Shown here piece by piece: positions 19,832 to 30,538 of a stretch of 64,000 nt of DNA (position 1 is its first letter; every line of letters begins with the position of its first letter). A model generated the notes under the pieces. That model was not told the origin of the DNA. It ran no database searches and saw only the letters and a program-made list of their open reading frames with translations. A program made the position numbers and the translations under genes. The DNA comes from a virus. Taxonomy: Duplodnaviria; Caudoviricetes. The stretch is from IMG/VR virus record IMGVR_UViG_3300017700_000931, positions 288,001-352,000 of that record. The stretch is one strand, 5' to 3'.

Positions 19832-20770
19832 ATGACTAATATTTTCGAGGGTTTCAACCCACTTACTAAAAGAAGTGTTGAACTTGAATTTCTTCCTGAT
19901 GATAAGGATATTAGATTCTTAACTAACGTTAGTAAATACAAAAAAGAATCTGACATAGATAAAGATGACCTTGAATGGTTAGCGACTATTAAAGAAGGTC
20001 TTGAGGAGATTTCGGACTACAATAATAAAGTAGACCCAAACCATACTGATACAGCAACTGATTACCGATTAATTGATATACCTGAAGATGTAATTAGCTT
20101 AATTATTAAAGCCGAAACTGCTCTTGGGGTTATTTACAATGGTGGTGTTACCAATTACAAAAAGGAAAAACTAAAAGAGTGTTTAACAACTAAGGGATTA
20201 ACACCTAATGGTTATAAATGGGAACTTGATTATATGTCATTTTACCCAGAGGATTATAACCGCAAACTTAAACCAAAAGGTAATTGGATTCTAATTACTG
20301 TTGATGCTCCGGTGGAGTCAGCACCAGCTAAGTATACGATTCATTATGCTACACCAGTAAGCCGAGCATATAGTGGTTATGGTGGTGGTTACAGATTGTG
20401 GTACGCAAGTATTCTTGTTAACAACAAAGAGATTTTCATGCACCCTCGTGAGTATGTCGTTATTCATGATGCTAACTTATTGTTAGAAAACATTGGTAAA
20501 GGATTTGAAATGGTTGAGGGTTCTTCTTCGGCTAAACTGGATAAAAATAAAGTATTTTATTTGAAGTCCAGAGGATTCAACCAAGCAGAGATTTACCAAA
20601 TATTGTTTAAGTCTGTAACAAACAAAGGGTTTTGTCACTTTACAGTTGACCCAGACTTGATGGTCATGTTTGATAATATTAAAGAAGGTTTCATGAGTCC
20701 AGAAATGGCTTTTAGAATTCATGACCACAGACAAAATATGCCTAACTTTAAATTCGGTGAAAAATGTTAG
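19832..20770 (+). CDS. Protein with a SufB/SufD-like C-terminal segment
   Basis: VEGSSSAKLDKNKVFYLKSRGFNQAEIYQILFKSV matches the SufBD HxAT.G..D.EQ.FYL.SRG pattern; no beta-helix repeats evident. Confidence 0.6.
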   Translation: MTNIFEGFNPLTKRSVELEFLPDDKDIRFLTNVSKYKKESDIDKDDLEWLATIKEGLEEISDYNNKVDPNHTDTATDYRLIDIPEDVISLIIKAETALGVIYNGGVTNYKKEKLKECLTTKGLTPNGYKWELDYMSFYPEDYNRKLKPKGNWILITVDAPVESAPAKYTIHYATPVSRAYSGYGGGYRLWYASILVNNKEIFMHPREYVVIHDANLLLENIGKGFEMVEGSSSAKLDKNKVFYLKSRGFNQAEIYQILFKSVTNKGFCHFTVDPDLMVMFDNIKEGFMSPEMAFRIHDHRQNMPNFKFGEKC

Positions 20771-21495
20771 AAATAAAAAACTTACATACTAGTATTAAAA
20801 AAGTACCAATTCTTAATGGTATTGACCTTAGCGTTGGTGAAGGTGAAGTTCACACCATTATGGGTAAAAACGGCTGTGGTAAGTCCACGTTGCTTAACAC
20901 CATTATGGGTAGTGAAATGTATAAAGTAGATAAGGGAACCATTTCTTTGCATGGTAAAGAAATTCAAAAGATGGACCCAACTGACCGAGCAAAACTTGGT
21001 ATGTTTATTTCATTCCAGACACCATACGAATTCTTTGAGGCTACAACGATTAGTATTCTTACAAGGGTATGGAATATTAACCATAAGGTTAAGGGTTCGC
21101 CAGATGACTTCTATGCAGCTCACACAGACTTATTGAAATTACTTGACATTGATGATAACATGTTAGCTCGTGAATTCAATGTTGGTTTCTCTGGTGGTGA
21201 ACGCAAACGCTTAGAGGTTCTTCAATTGTTATTGATTAAACCCAAATTGATTCTTCTGGATGAGATTGATACCGGATTGGATATTGATAGCGTAATTGCT
21301 ATTGGTAATACACTTGCTACGTACCAAAAGGAAAACAAAGCTACTGTTATTATTGTAACACACTTGTCCACATTTCTGAAGTACTTGACACCGGATAAGG
21401 TTCATGTAATGTCAGATGGTGTTATGGTTAAGTCTGGTGATAATTCATTAGCCAAAAGGATTACTGATGAAGGTTATTCTTTTATTGGTAAATAA
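20764..21495 (+). CDS. sufC: SufC-like ABC ATPase
   Basis: GKNGCGKST, Q-loop, FSGGERKRLEVLQ, LLDEIDTGLDID, IVTH. Confidence 0.85.
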   Translation: MLEIKNLHTSIKKVPILNGIDLSVGEGEVHTIMGKNGCGKSTLLNTIMGSEMYKVDKGTISLHGKEIQKMDPTDRAKLGMFISFQTPYEFFEATTISILTRVWNINHKVKGSPDDFYAAHTDLLKLLDIDDNMLAREFNVGFSGGERKRLEVLQLLLIKPKLILLDEIDTGLDIDSVIAIGNTLATYQKENKATVIIVTHLSTFLKYLTPDKVHVMSDGVMVKSGDNSLAKRITDEGYSFIGK

Positions 21496-22694
21496 TGGCA
21501 AAACTTACTAGTATATATAATGAATTACCTTTTGAAGAAGGTAAAACATACCAGACTAAATTTCAGACTGGTGAGAAGTTCTTGATTTCTAAAATTATTA
21601 AGTCAGGGGATAAAATTATTAGATTTGAAGGGATTTATGAAACAGCACCGCATTTAGGTCCTTGTCCATTAAATCCCGACAGATTAATTCCTGATAAGGT
21701 AAAACAATCAGAAATCTATGTTTGTGATAAATGTGGTACACCAATTGAATAATTATGGAAATTGAAATAATGAACAAGCCAATTTATGCTGTTGTTGATG
21801 CTGGAGTATTTGGTGCTAGAATTATTGCTGGTATAGTTATCGGTATTCAATTCACCAACAAGAAACCTGTATATTGTATAGGATTCGGTAAGAACTCAGT
21901 TTGGACCTCAAACATTGCACACAATAAGGAAGAATTACTAGGGTTGCTGGAAATTCCAGACCTTGATAAGGTTGCTGCCGCTGGTGCCGAAGTAAAATTT
22001 ATTCAATAATATTTTAATTAAACTTATGAACATCTTAGCCCTTGTTGTTTTTATCATCGTAATGACGTTTATCATTATCTTTTTAATTAAAGATAGAAAA
22101 GAACGATTGAAATTGACTGATGATTTTTTCAGTATTAAACGCAAATACGATTTGATTAGACATCCTGATGTATTCAGTGTTGAAAAGTTCAATAAGTGGT
22201 TTGTTAGCCCCAAGTCAAATGATATCTATGCAAATGCTGGAATTTTTGGTAGGACAGATAAATTAGGTTCGAGTCAATTTATTGATTATTTTATTTACTT
22301 AGGACTTACTAGGGCTGACGCTAAAAGTTTTTATGCTGAAAACTATAAGGTTGTGATGAAGTTTGAAAATGCTGTTCGTACAAATTGGTTACACCGCTAA
22401 TTTATGACTAACACATACGACACTAGTAAACATATTCTAGCGACACTAATCGAGATAACTTCATATCACCCATATAAAGTGGCTGATAGTGAATTCACTG
22501 AAATCCTAGAAGCTTACAATATGTCTGAAGAAGTAGTCATGGATATGATGATTAGGATGCCAGACCAATGTGGTTCATTTTCTAGAGTTGTGGATGGATT
22601 TATTTTCTTTGAAAATGATTTTGAAAGCCATTTGGATGATGAACCATTAGATTTTTTCTCTAAAAATAAAAAAGATTTGGTGGATTCAAATTAA
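21495..22694 (+). CDS. Small hypothetical genes (21495-21752, 21755-22009, 22026-22400 membrane, 22404-22694)
   Basis: Abutting ORFs. Confidence 0.6.
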
Positions 22695-22707
22695 TTCACT
22701 ATATTTG
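22676..22707 (+). promoter_or_regulatory. Bacteroidota-type promoter
   Basis: TTTG-N20-TATATTTG plus CATCATTAAAAC leader. Confidence 0.75.
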
Positions 22708-22731
22708 TCACATCATTAAAACAAACCAACT

Positions 22732-23529
22732 ATGTATATTTTAGGAAATCCAATTCTTGGTAAAAATTTCAGACAATCTTCTCTTATATTAAATGAAGAT
22801 GGTTTATACCGATTGATTCAAGTCAATAATATGTCAGAACGCATTTTCCTTACAAATGACATTCATAAAATTCTTGAACTACTAGACCTTAAATTAGAAG
22901 ACCTAGATAATAAAATTGATGAGGACGCATTCATTCAATTGGTTGCTTGCCCATATTTCAGGTTAAATAAATTTATGGGTCATGAGGTTGAACGTTCAAA
23001 AGAATTGGAGACCTTCAGATTGTTCTTGTTAACACAGGAAAAACATTGGATGGAGCGAACTAATAGATTTGAAGCGATTCGTACTGAACGTCTTGAGAAA
23101 GTCTTAGGACTTGAGCTCAGGTCCAAGTTTGACCGGATGAAAATTATTTTAACTGACTTCCCGCACCAATTTCGTCGTAAATTTAATGGTACTAAAGCAT
23201 TGTTAATTAAATCTGGGTATAACCCACAGAATTTTTCAAAAGACATTCCAAAATTCTACGATTCCTTTAAAACAGAATTAGAGGTAATGGAATTTTTTGT
23301 TGATGGTACAATACAAGATATTGTTGATAGATTCAATATAACTTGTAAAACACCGGATTTACCAATTTCTTATTTGGATGAATTAACATTACCTTTATTG
23401 GAAGTCGAGAAAGAAGAATTAAGTAAGGCTAAAAAAGAAATTGAATTTTTTCACCAGAAAATTGGTAAAATTGATTTTCTGATTAAACAAAAAGAAAAGG
23501 AAATTAAGGCTTTAAAAAAACTTCAATAA
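22732..23529 (+). CDS. Hypothetical protein
   Basis: 265-aa ORF after a promoter; coiled-coil C-terminus. Confidence 0.65.
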   Translation: MYILGNPILGKNFRQSSLILNEDGLYRLIQVNNMSERIFLTNDIHKILELLDLKLEDLDNKIDEDAFIQLVACPYFRLNKFMGHEVERSKELETFRLFLLTQEKHWMERTNRFEAIRTERLEKVLGLELRSKFDRMKIILTDFPHQFRRKFNGTKALLIKSGYNPQNFSKDIPKFYDSFKTELEVMEFFVDGTIQDIVDRFNITCKTPDLPISYLDELTLPLLEVEKEELSKAKKEIEFFHQKIGKIDFLIKQKEKEIKALKKLQ

Positions 23530-23532
23530 AAA

Positions 23533-23564
23533 TTTGGTGAATTGAAATATTATCTCTATCTTTG
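23533..23564 (+). promoter_or_regulatory. Bacteroidota-type promoter, ATG 5 nt downstream
   Basis: TTTG-N20-TATCTTTG. Confidence 0.75.
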
Positions 23565-23569
23565 GCCCC

Positions 23570-23806
23570 ATGTCAAGAAATAAGAACCCACAATATTTGG
23601 CTGAAAAGCTAAGACGTACCAAAATACGTAAAGACAAACGTAATGACAATTACCGTCAGTGGTCTTCTAAAGCTAATGATGCTGGTAGAAATATTGCTTG
23701 TGTCAAATACCATGGTAGTTGGGATGACCCGAACTCTCCAACTGGTAGAAGTCAAATTTGTGAAATGGGCGGACATTGTGAGTCACCATGTAATGGGGAT
23801 TGTTGA
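23570..23806 (+). CDS. Small basic, Cys-rich protein
   Basis: C-terminal CEMGGHCESPCNGDC. Confidence 0.6.
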   Translation: MSRNKNPQYLAEKLRRTKIRKDKRNDNYRQWSSKANDAGRNIACVKYHGSWDDPNSPTGRSQICEMGGHCESPCNGDC

Positions 23807-23812
23807 TTATAT

Positions 23813-23870
23813 TGCGTGGTAGCTCAGTGGTAGAGCTTTTCGCCGGATGGTTCGATTCCTCCCTACGCAA
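23813..23870 (+). ncRNA. Anticodon-armless tRNA-like RNA (58 nt)
   Basis: TGCGTGG/CTACGCA-A acceptor; TA-GCTC-AGTGGTA-GAGC D-arm; only 8 nt (TTTTCGCC) before T-arm GGATGG-TTCGATT-CCTCC. Confidence 0.75.
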
Positions 23871-23886
23871 CAATTAAATTTAAACT

Positions 23887-24610
23887 ATGAAACGATTAAT
23901 TTTACTATTTACATTTTTCATCGCATTAAATGCGAATTCTCAATTAGATACGATACAGAAACCTTGTATTGCTGTCACTAATGAGACGAAAGATACACTC
24001 TATGTTGTTGTGGATATGTATACCATGTTTTTAATAATGTGGGAGAACCCAACCATTACTGATGCTAAGCCAGTAATTATACCTGTGACTTCACTTCAAT
24101 CGTATTACCGCCGAGAAGATTAATATGTTTCAACCACAACTAAAACATAAAGCCAAACATGGTAATTATAGGGATAAACCTACTAAAGGAGAGGTCCTTG
24201 GTTTGATGTCTTTATATAGTGGTGTGAGTGATATGGTTTTAAATAAAAAGCCAGTTAAAAAACAAATTGGTGTTCAACTTAGATTAGAATTTTAAATGAA
24301 AGAAAAAATAAAAAAATTCATTAATGAAACACCAAATAGTGTTCTGTTTTGGAATGCTATGTATTATGTTGTATTGATTGCATCAGCCCTTTACGATATT
24401 GATTTAATGATTTTCTTATATGGTATCAGTAGCCTTATTGCAATTGGTATTATCTACGATAAGGATGAGGAAAATCATTTGTGGACCGCAACATCCTTAC
24501 CTGTTTTATTTCTCATTGTGGTTACTGGAATTGGATTTGCTATTGGGTATCCGTTATATAAACTTATATTCTGGATAAACGACAAACTGGATGGTAAGAA
24601 GAAAAAATAG
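23887..24610 (+). CDS. Secreted small protein (23887-24123) and membrane protein (24296-24610)
   Basis: Signal peptide ..ALNANS/Q; three hydrophobic segments. Confidence 0.55.
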
Positions 24611-24614
24611 GACA

Positions 24615-24641
24615 TTAACTTGGACACAGTGTCCAAGTTAA
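24615..24641. terminator. 27-bp near-perfect palindrome
   Basis: TTAACTTGGACAC-A-GTGTCCAAGTTAA. Confidence 0.5.
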
Positions 24642-24654
24642 ATAATATTATAAT

Positions 24655-26416
24655 ATGGAAAAATTTTCATTATTCAATGTAGCTTTGTACGCTAAAGGTT
24701 GGTATCTTAAAGAACACAAACAAGATATCTGGAAAGACCTTAAGGTTATGCTAACACTTGATGATTACTCCGGTGAGATAATGACTAAAAAGGATGTCAC
24801 CAATCTTATATTATATCATTGTGGAAGATTAGATATTAGAGCATTTAACGACCTAAGTTGTTTTGCTGACGGCATTAGTGCTGATAATGGTTGGCGGTAT
24901 GGTTATGAAACCAAATATAATAGACCATTTCTAACCTCTAAAGAAGAAAATGATTCATTGCCTGAATATGATTATCATGAGGCGATTGTTCGCTATTGCT
25001 TATCAGCGATAAAAAACACTACGATTGATAAATTGGTTGATGATTTAACATTGCCAAGACCCAACTACAAGCTTGGCCTACGCAAGCCAAAACACATTAC
25101 CACTGCAATGCTTAAACAACATTTTCCAGATAATGTGAAAACTGATGTTGTTAAAGTAGAAACTATTAAATTGAATTGGTCCAATGTATTTAACACAAAA
25201 CAATGGCTAGATACATTAAGTACTTTCACTACTATTGATGTGGCTCGTAAACGAGCAAAGGATAGTGGGTATGTTTATTTCATTTGGAATGATGTTGTGT
25301 ATAATACTAATGGTGAAAGATTAGAATGTACTCAAGAAGATATCAATACTAATTCTTCAAATTGTTTAATTAATTTATAAGAGATGTTAGAATTAAAAGG
25401 TGATGAACATATCATGTATGGTTGGACATACCACGGTGGGTGTCGTGACCATGCTGTACCGGATGAGATTATGGTTTCACAAATAAGTGGGCTATATCAG
25501 GATGGTAAATTAGTCACAACTCATTTCTTATATGGTCATAAATCACTTTCTGAAGATATGACACTAGATAAGATTGTGGCAATTGGTGACAATGAAAATG
25601 GAACTCTTGAAGTTAATGGTTGGGGTGGTAAGTATCGCATCGTTAACCAAGAACTTTTTGATAAGTACGTTGAACAAGGATTAATCGTTTTTAAACAATA
25701 ATATGACAACACAGCACCACAAAAATGTTTGGACCACATTCGATGGTCGTAAGATATTCATTGATAGATTAGAGGACCAACATCTATCAAACATTTATTG
25801 GTTCTATCTATTATTCTGGGGTGAAAAGAATATCAGCCCGAAAATAATTACTGAATTGATGAAACGATTTGGTTCTCTTGATAATATCCTATATTTCAAG
25901 CCACTCCCAATACCAAGTGAGATTGCTGATTTACGTAAGAAGGGCCATATTGCTGGTCAAAAAATCGTTATGATTCAAAACGGTAAACAGGTTGTCATTG
26001 GTAGCATTTCTCACATTCCAGTATCTCAACAATATTAATTTAAACTAAAATTTATGGTATCATACGCACAAAAACACGGAAAAGAAATTATTAACTGGGA
26101 TAAAGAATTATCCGGCACCATCACTCCAAATCGTATGGATGATTTGGTTAGTTATTCTGATAGCTGGGATACTTGTCCGATTGGTCAGCTCTCTAATGTA
26201 ATACCTAGAGAATTATCTGGTGAGGCAAAGGATAGTTTATTAGCCACACTTGCTATAAAATTTACTGAGTCATTCAAAAGTAATGATATTGCTTCTGCAA
26301 AGCATTTTCTCACATTAATAAAAGCACACAGTAAATTTATTGTTGAGCAAGTTGAGTCAGCTAAATTGCTTGAATTGGATACCTTCTATAAAGAAAGTGG
26401 TAAAAAACGACCATAG
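24655..26416 (+). CDS. Hypothetical genes (24655-25380, 25384-25701, 25703-26038, 26054-26416)
   Basis: Abutting ORFs. Confidence 0.65.
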
Positions 26417-26418
26417 TA

Positions 26419-26450
26419 TTTGGTCAATTAAATTATTTGTCTTATATTTG
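26419..26450 (+). promoter_or_regulatory. Bacteroidota-type promoter
   Basis: TTTG-N20-TATATTTG. Confidence 0.75.
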
Positions 26451-26479
26451 TAACATCATTAAACCAATTTTGATGTAAT

Positions 26480-26992
26480 ATGGTTAGAGAAATAATTCAA
26501 TATAAGTCAAATACTGGTTCGACGAAGGAAATTCATACCATATATGATACACCGACTTCCGGTTCCTTCGCTGATTATATTCTGTTAAAGGATGAATTGA
26601 AAAAACAGGATGTTGATTTTTTATTAGAGAATATGGAATGGCAAATTAGATTGTTCTACCATTTTAATTTTCTGATAAAAAACCTAAATAATTCCAATGG
26701 CAATCTGATTTGTGTTTATTGTGGTAAACAACATTTAAAAATTCAGGCCGTTGGTACAACAATTCCTCACGAACAAATGGCTACGGTAGACCACTTTAAC
26801 CCAAAGTCCAAGGGTGGTGCCCATTTTGATGAAGATAATATGGTTGTTGCTTGTTTTAAATGTAACAATAAAAAGAAGGATAAAATTGTTTCGGTTGATA
26901 CATTGAAATACCTTGATGAGGAACGAAAGCAAAAATTTATTCAGACCTATTCCAAGAAAGAAAATACAAATAATTTGGTTAATTCAATTTAA
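26480..26992 (+). CDS. HNH endonuclease
   Basis: CVYCGK..ATVDHFNPKSKGG..NMVVACFKCNNKK. Confidence 0.85.
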   Translation: MVREIIQYKSNTGSTKEIHTIYDTPTSGSFADYILLKDELKKQDVDFLLENMEWQIRLFYHFNFLIKNLNNSNGNLICVYCGKQHLKIQAVGTTIPHEQMATVDHFNPKSKGGAHFDEDNMVVACFKCNNKKKDKIVSVDTLKYLDEERKQKFIQTYSKKENTNNLVNSI

Positions 26993-27005
26993 AAGACTAT
27001 CTTTG
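26974..27005 (+). promoter_or_regulatory. Bacteroidota-type promoter, ATG 4 nt downstream
   Basis: TTTG-N20-TATCTTTG. Confidence 0.75.
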
Positions 27006-27009
27006 TGCT

Positions 27010-27429
27010 ATGCAAATGACTAAAGAAGAAATACTTGATGAAACGGTTGCGTTTTATTCTGAAGACCCTAAACGTAGAGCTTTAAAAGAAGATGGTAAAT
27101 GTGCCTATAGTACGCCGGATGGTAGACATTGTGCTGTCGGTAGATGCCTTAAACCATCACTATTGAAGCAAGGTACTGAATTACTTGGAAATGGTGATGG
27201 TGTTTATCGTTTGGTACAAAAACAAAACAACATTCCTATTGGTGAATTGGTAACAGGGATTGATAATCTATTAGATGATAGATATCATGGACATTCTATT
27301 GCTTTTTGGGGTGACCTACAAAATATTCATGATTATAAATATTATTGGTGTGATTCAGGTTTGACTGAACGTGGTTTAAAAATGGTTAACCATGTAAAAG
27401 AAAAAATTAAAAGTGGTGTTTATAATTAA
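27010..27429 (+). CDS. Hypothetical protein, paralog of 28642-29085
   Basis: Shared Y.EDPKRR..C.Y..C.VGR.L and LQ..HD motifs. Confidence 0.7.
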   Translation: MQMTKEEILDETVAFYSEDPKRRALKEDGKCAYSTPDGRHCAVGRCLKPSLLKQGTELLGNGDGVYRLVQKQNNIPIGELVTGIDNLLDDRYHGHSIAFWGDLQNIHDYKYYWCDSGLTERGLKMVNHVKEKIKSGVYN

Positions 27430-27432
27430 ATT

Positions 27433-28634
27433 ATGAAAGGAAAAATATTTTTGTTAAGTCTTTGGTTATTATTCACACTGATTCTAACATTCTCGGTATT
27501 CGGAATGTTATTATTCATTAGGTCTGATGGTAATGTTAAACATTGGCAAGGCATTGAAGGTCGTTCTTCTTGGATGGCCTTTGGGCATAAATTATTGGAT
27601 GATATAGTCAAAAAATAATTATGGGATTACTATATTTCTATATCGGCTTTTCCTACCTATTCCAAATTGGTTCTGCTATTAATAAACCATTACCCACATG
27701 GAATATTTTATTCGCCCCTTTATTATTACCTATGGCGTTAGGTAAAGCATTTAGTATCATCATCGAAAAATGTAATCGTTAATGGGATTGATAATTATCA
27801 TATTAATCATACTGCTTGCCATTTATCTGGATGGTGATGAGTCTAGTATTACTAATCAACCAAACGTAACATTCGGTGGTCATATTGATTACCCAACTGA
27901 CATTAAATGTGAGTGTGGTTGTACTGATTTCTCCATAAATAATATTGACACATCTACATGGGATATGATTTGTCCTAAGTGCAACAATATTGCCTATAAG
28001 CACCCAAAGCGAGAAGAAAGACAAGAGCAAATTAAAAACATGTTAGACTGGTGATGGAAGAGAATTTTAAAATATTAGCTCAAAATATCAAGAATAATCC
28101 TGATGATTTTTCCGCTGAACAAATTGAAAAGTATTTAAATGATGCTTTCACATTAGGAAAGAATAAACGTGTTGCAGACAATCCGGTTATTGCTAAGTGG
28201 ATTAAAACTACTGATGAAAAAGAATTGGCTGATTTTGAAGCACGATTACATAAGTCATTTGAATTCACAGAAAATGATACCAAAGAACATATCGCTTATC
28301 TATTTGGTTGTTGGTTAAACCAATACTTTGAGGTTTGGAATTCAGATAGTGATGTCTGGATAGATGGTAACCATAATGCTTGGACCACTAAAGAACTGCA
28401 TACTGAATTCATCAATGTTTATAAAAAATAATTATGTTGAAAAAAAAATTAATGAGAGATTTAGATGATATCAATAAATCTAACCTCTCGGAACTAAATG
28501 TTGACACTAAATCATATTCGGCTGGATATTCTAATGGTTTCGTAAGAGGATTTTATCATGCGATACCATTGGTTATAATCATATCAATGATTACTGTTAT
28601 GGTTGCAGTTAGTATTATTTTTTATAATAAATAA
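27433..28634 (+). CDS. Small hypothetical genes (27433-27618 membrane, 27782-28054 Zn-finger, 28051-28431, 28434-28634)
   Basis: CECGC..CPKC in 27782; hydrophobic segments. Confidence 0.55.
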
Positions 28635-28641
28635 AAGAATT

Positions 28642-29085
28642 ATGGAAGTATCATTGAGTAAACAATTGGCTGACAATTTAGCTTATTACGTTGAAGACCC
28701 AAAAAGAAGATGTTTTGGTCTAAGTGAAATAACCAAACAAAATGGTTGCTATTACAGTGGAAGTACTATTGGTAAAGAAACTGATGGTTGTTTTGTAGGT
28801 AGATTTTTAACACCAGAAGATAGGGTTAAAGCAGATACAGTTCTAGCTAATAATGATGCTGGAAGTGATATCATTAATTTGATTAAAATTGCTCCAGACA
28901 ATGATATTATTATCCCTGATGTCATAAAAAATAACGTTGAATTATTTCAACTATTTCAACAACTACATGATGCTGGTGAAATATATTGGGGTGAAGGTTC
29001 ATTAACTGATGACGGTAAGAAAAAATTAAGTAAAATAATTAGAACGTATGCACTTGATGCTGCTGAATTCTCAAAATTTTTATAA
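28642..29085 (+). CDS. Hypothetical protein, paralog of 27010-27429
   Basis: YYVEDPKRRC..GCYY..GCFVGRFL..QQLHD. Confidence 0.7.
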   Translation: MEVSLSKQLADNLAYYVEDPKRRCFGLSEITKQNGCYYSGSTIGKETDGCFVGRFLTPEDRVKADTVLANNDAGSDIINLIKIAPDNDIIIPDVIKNNVELFQLFQQLHDAGEIYWGEGSLTDDGKKKLSKIIRTYALDAAEFSKFL

Positions 29086-29087
29086 TC

Positions 29088-29985
29088 ATGAAAAAATACG
29101 ATAAACCAGATATCAAGATTGCCTTCAATAAAATCAAAAAGACAATTGATACCATGACAAAGTATGGTCATCGCAAACCAATATTGCGAATGATTGTTAC
29201 GTTTATTCAATCATATAAGAAATCGCATAACAAAGAAATGCTTGATTACTTAGACATTCTATTTGAATCCTTAAATACAAAAGGCGGAAGTATCTTGCGA
29301 AAAAAATTAAATCTAGACTAATCCAATGAGAGGCACATTTAATATCCAAACAGCCCAAACTGAAAAGGCGGTGGGATTACCAATGCTTTGTATTAAAAAG
29401 TGTTCCGGTGGTTCTGTTGGTAACATGGGTATATGTCATGATGTAGATTCATTTAACATCAATGGTGTAAAGTATTGGGAACCTCAACACATTTATATTA
29501 CTACTAACAATTATGGTGATGCCCTTGAAGAAGGAGACTATACCATTGTTAGTTTACCAACACATAATTTAGTTTCTAAATGTGAAGGTAATGGTGTATT
29601 AACTGCTAACATTGCTAGGCAACCCAAGATAATAGCTTCCACTGATAAAACAATCACACCAAATGCATGGATTCCATTGGCATTTGTTAGAATATTTGTT
29701 CAAGCTCATGAGGCAAAGCGACCACTCAAACATGTTTTCTTAGAAATGATTGAGGAAATGTCTGGGGGTTGGGTTCCTAGTTATAATAACCCTGATAACG
29801 CTAACTTTGATGAACCATCTGAACCAACTGGTAGATTAATACCTAAAGTTAAGCCTGATGGCTCCGTAATCGCTTTTCCAGATAAATTATATACTAGGGA
29901 TGAAATGATTGCTTTTGTTAAGCTATTTAATACCCAACAATTCGACTATGAATCCGTGGATAAATGGGTAAATGAAAATTTTTAA
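29088..29985 (+). CDS. Hypothetical genes (29088-29321, 29326-29985)
   Basis: Abutting ORFs. Confidence 0.6.
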
Positions 29986-29993
29986 TGAAAAAA

Positions 29994-30025
29994 TTTGGTT
30001 AATTGATTTATTTGTATTATCTTTG
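29994..30025 (+). promoter_or_regulatory. Bacteroidota-type promoter
   Basis: TTTG-N20-TATCTTTG. Confidence 0.75.
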
Positions 30026-30051
30026 TTACTCATTATTAAAACAACCATATT

Positions 30052-30507
30052 ATGAAAAATCTAATTTTTGCTTTTTTAACACTGATTACCTTTGAGGCTA
30101 GTTCTCAAATTGACCTTTCTTGTGATGCTTCATTCGTTGGAGTTTATTCAACAATTGAAGTCACCTACCCAATTTATGATAAAATTGTTGTTGGTGGTTC
30201 GTATGGGTACAACATTACAACAAACCCTTATTTAACTGACCGTATTGGTGGTGTTGTTGGAATTAAATTTGATGAATGGGCACAATTGGAATTGAATTTA
30301 GATTTCATTGGTGGATTCAGTTACGATGACCGCACAAAAAGTTATTATAAAGATTATATGTTTGGTGCTGCATTTGGTGGTAAGTTCCATTTTTGTAATA
30401 ATTTATTTGCTACAGTACAAGTAGCATGGCCGGGGTTCATTAAATTTGGTTTTGGTGTAAGACTTAGACCATACAAACAATTGACCGTTTGGGACAAACA
30501 ATATTAA
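30052..30507 (+). CDS. Putative small outer-membrane beta-barrel protein
   Basis: Signal peptide; alternating Gly/aromatic/hydrophobic strands; terminal FGFGVRL-type strand. Confidence 0.5.
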   Translation: MKNLIFAFLTLITFEASSQIDLSCDASFVGVYSTIEVTYPIYDKIVVGGSYGYNITTNPYLTDRIGGVVGIKFDEWAQLELNLDFIGGFSYDDRTKSYYKDYMFGAAFGGKFHFCNNLFATVQVAWPGFIKFGFGVRLRPYKQLTVWDKQY

Positions 30508-30538
30508 ACTACGAGGGGTAAAACCCTCATCAAGAATT

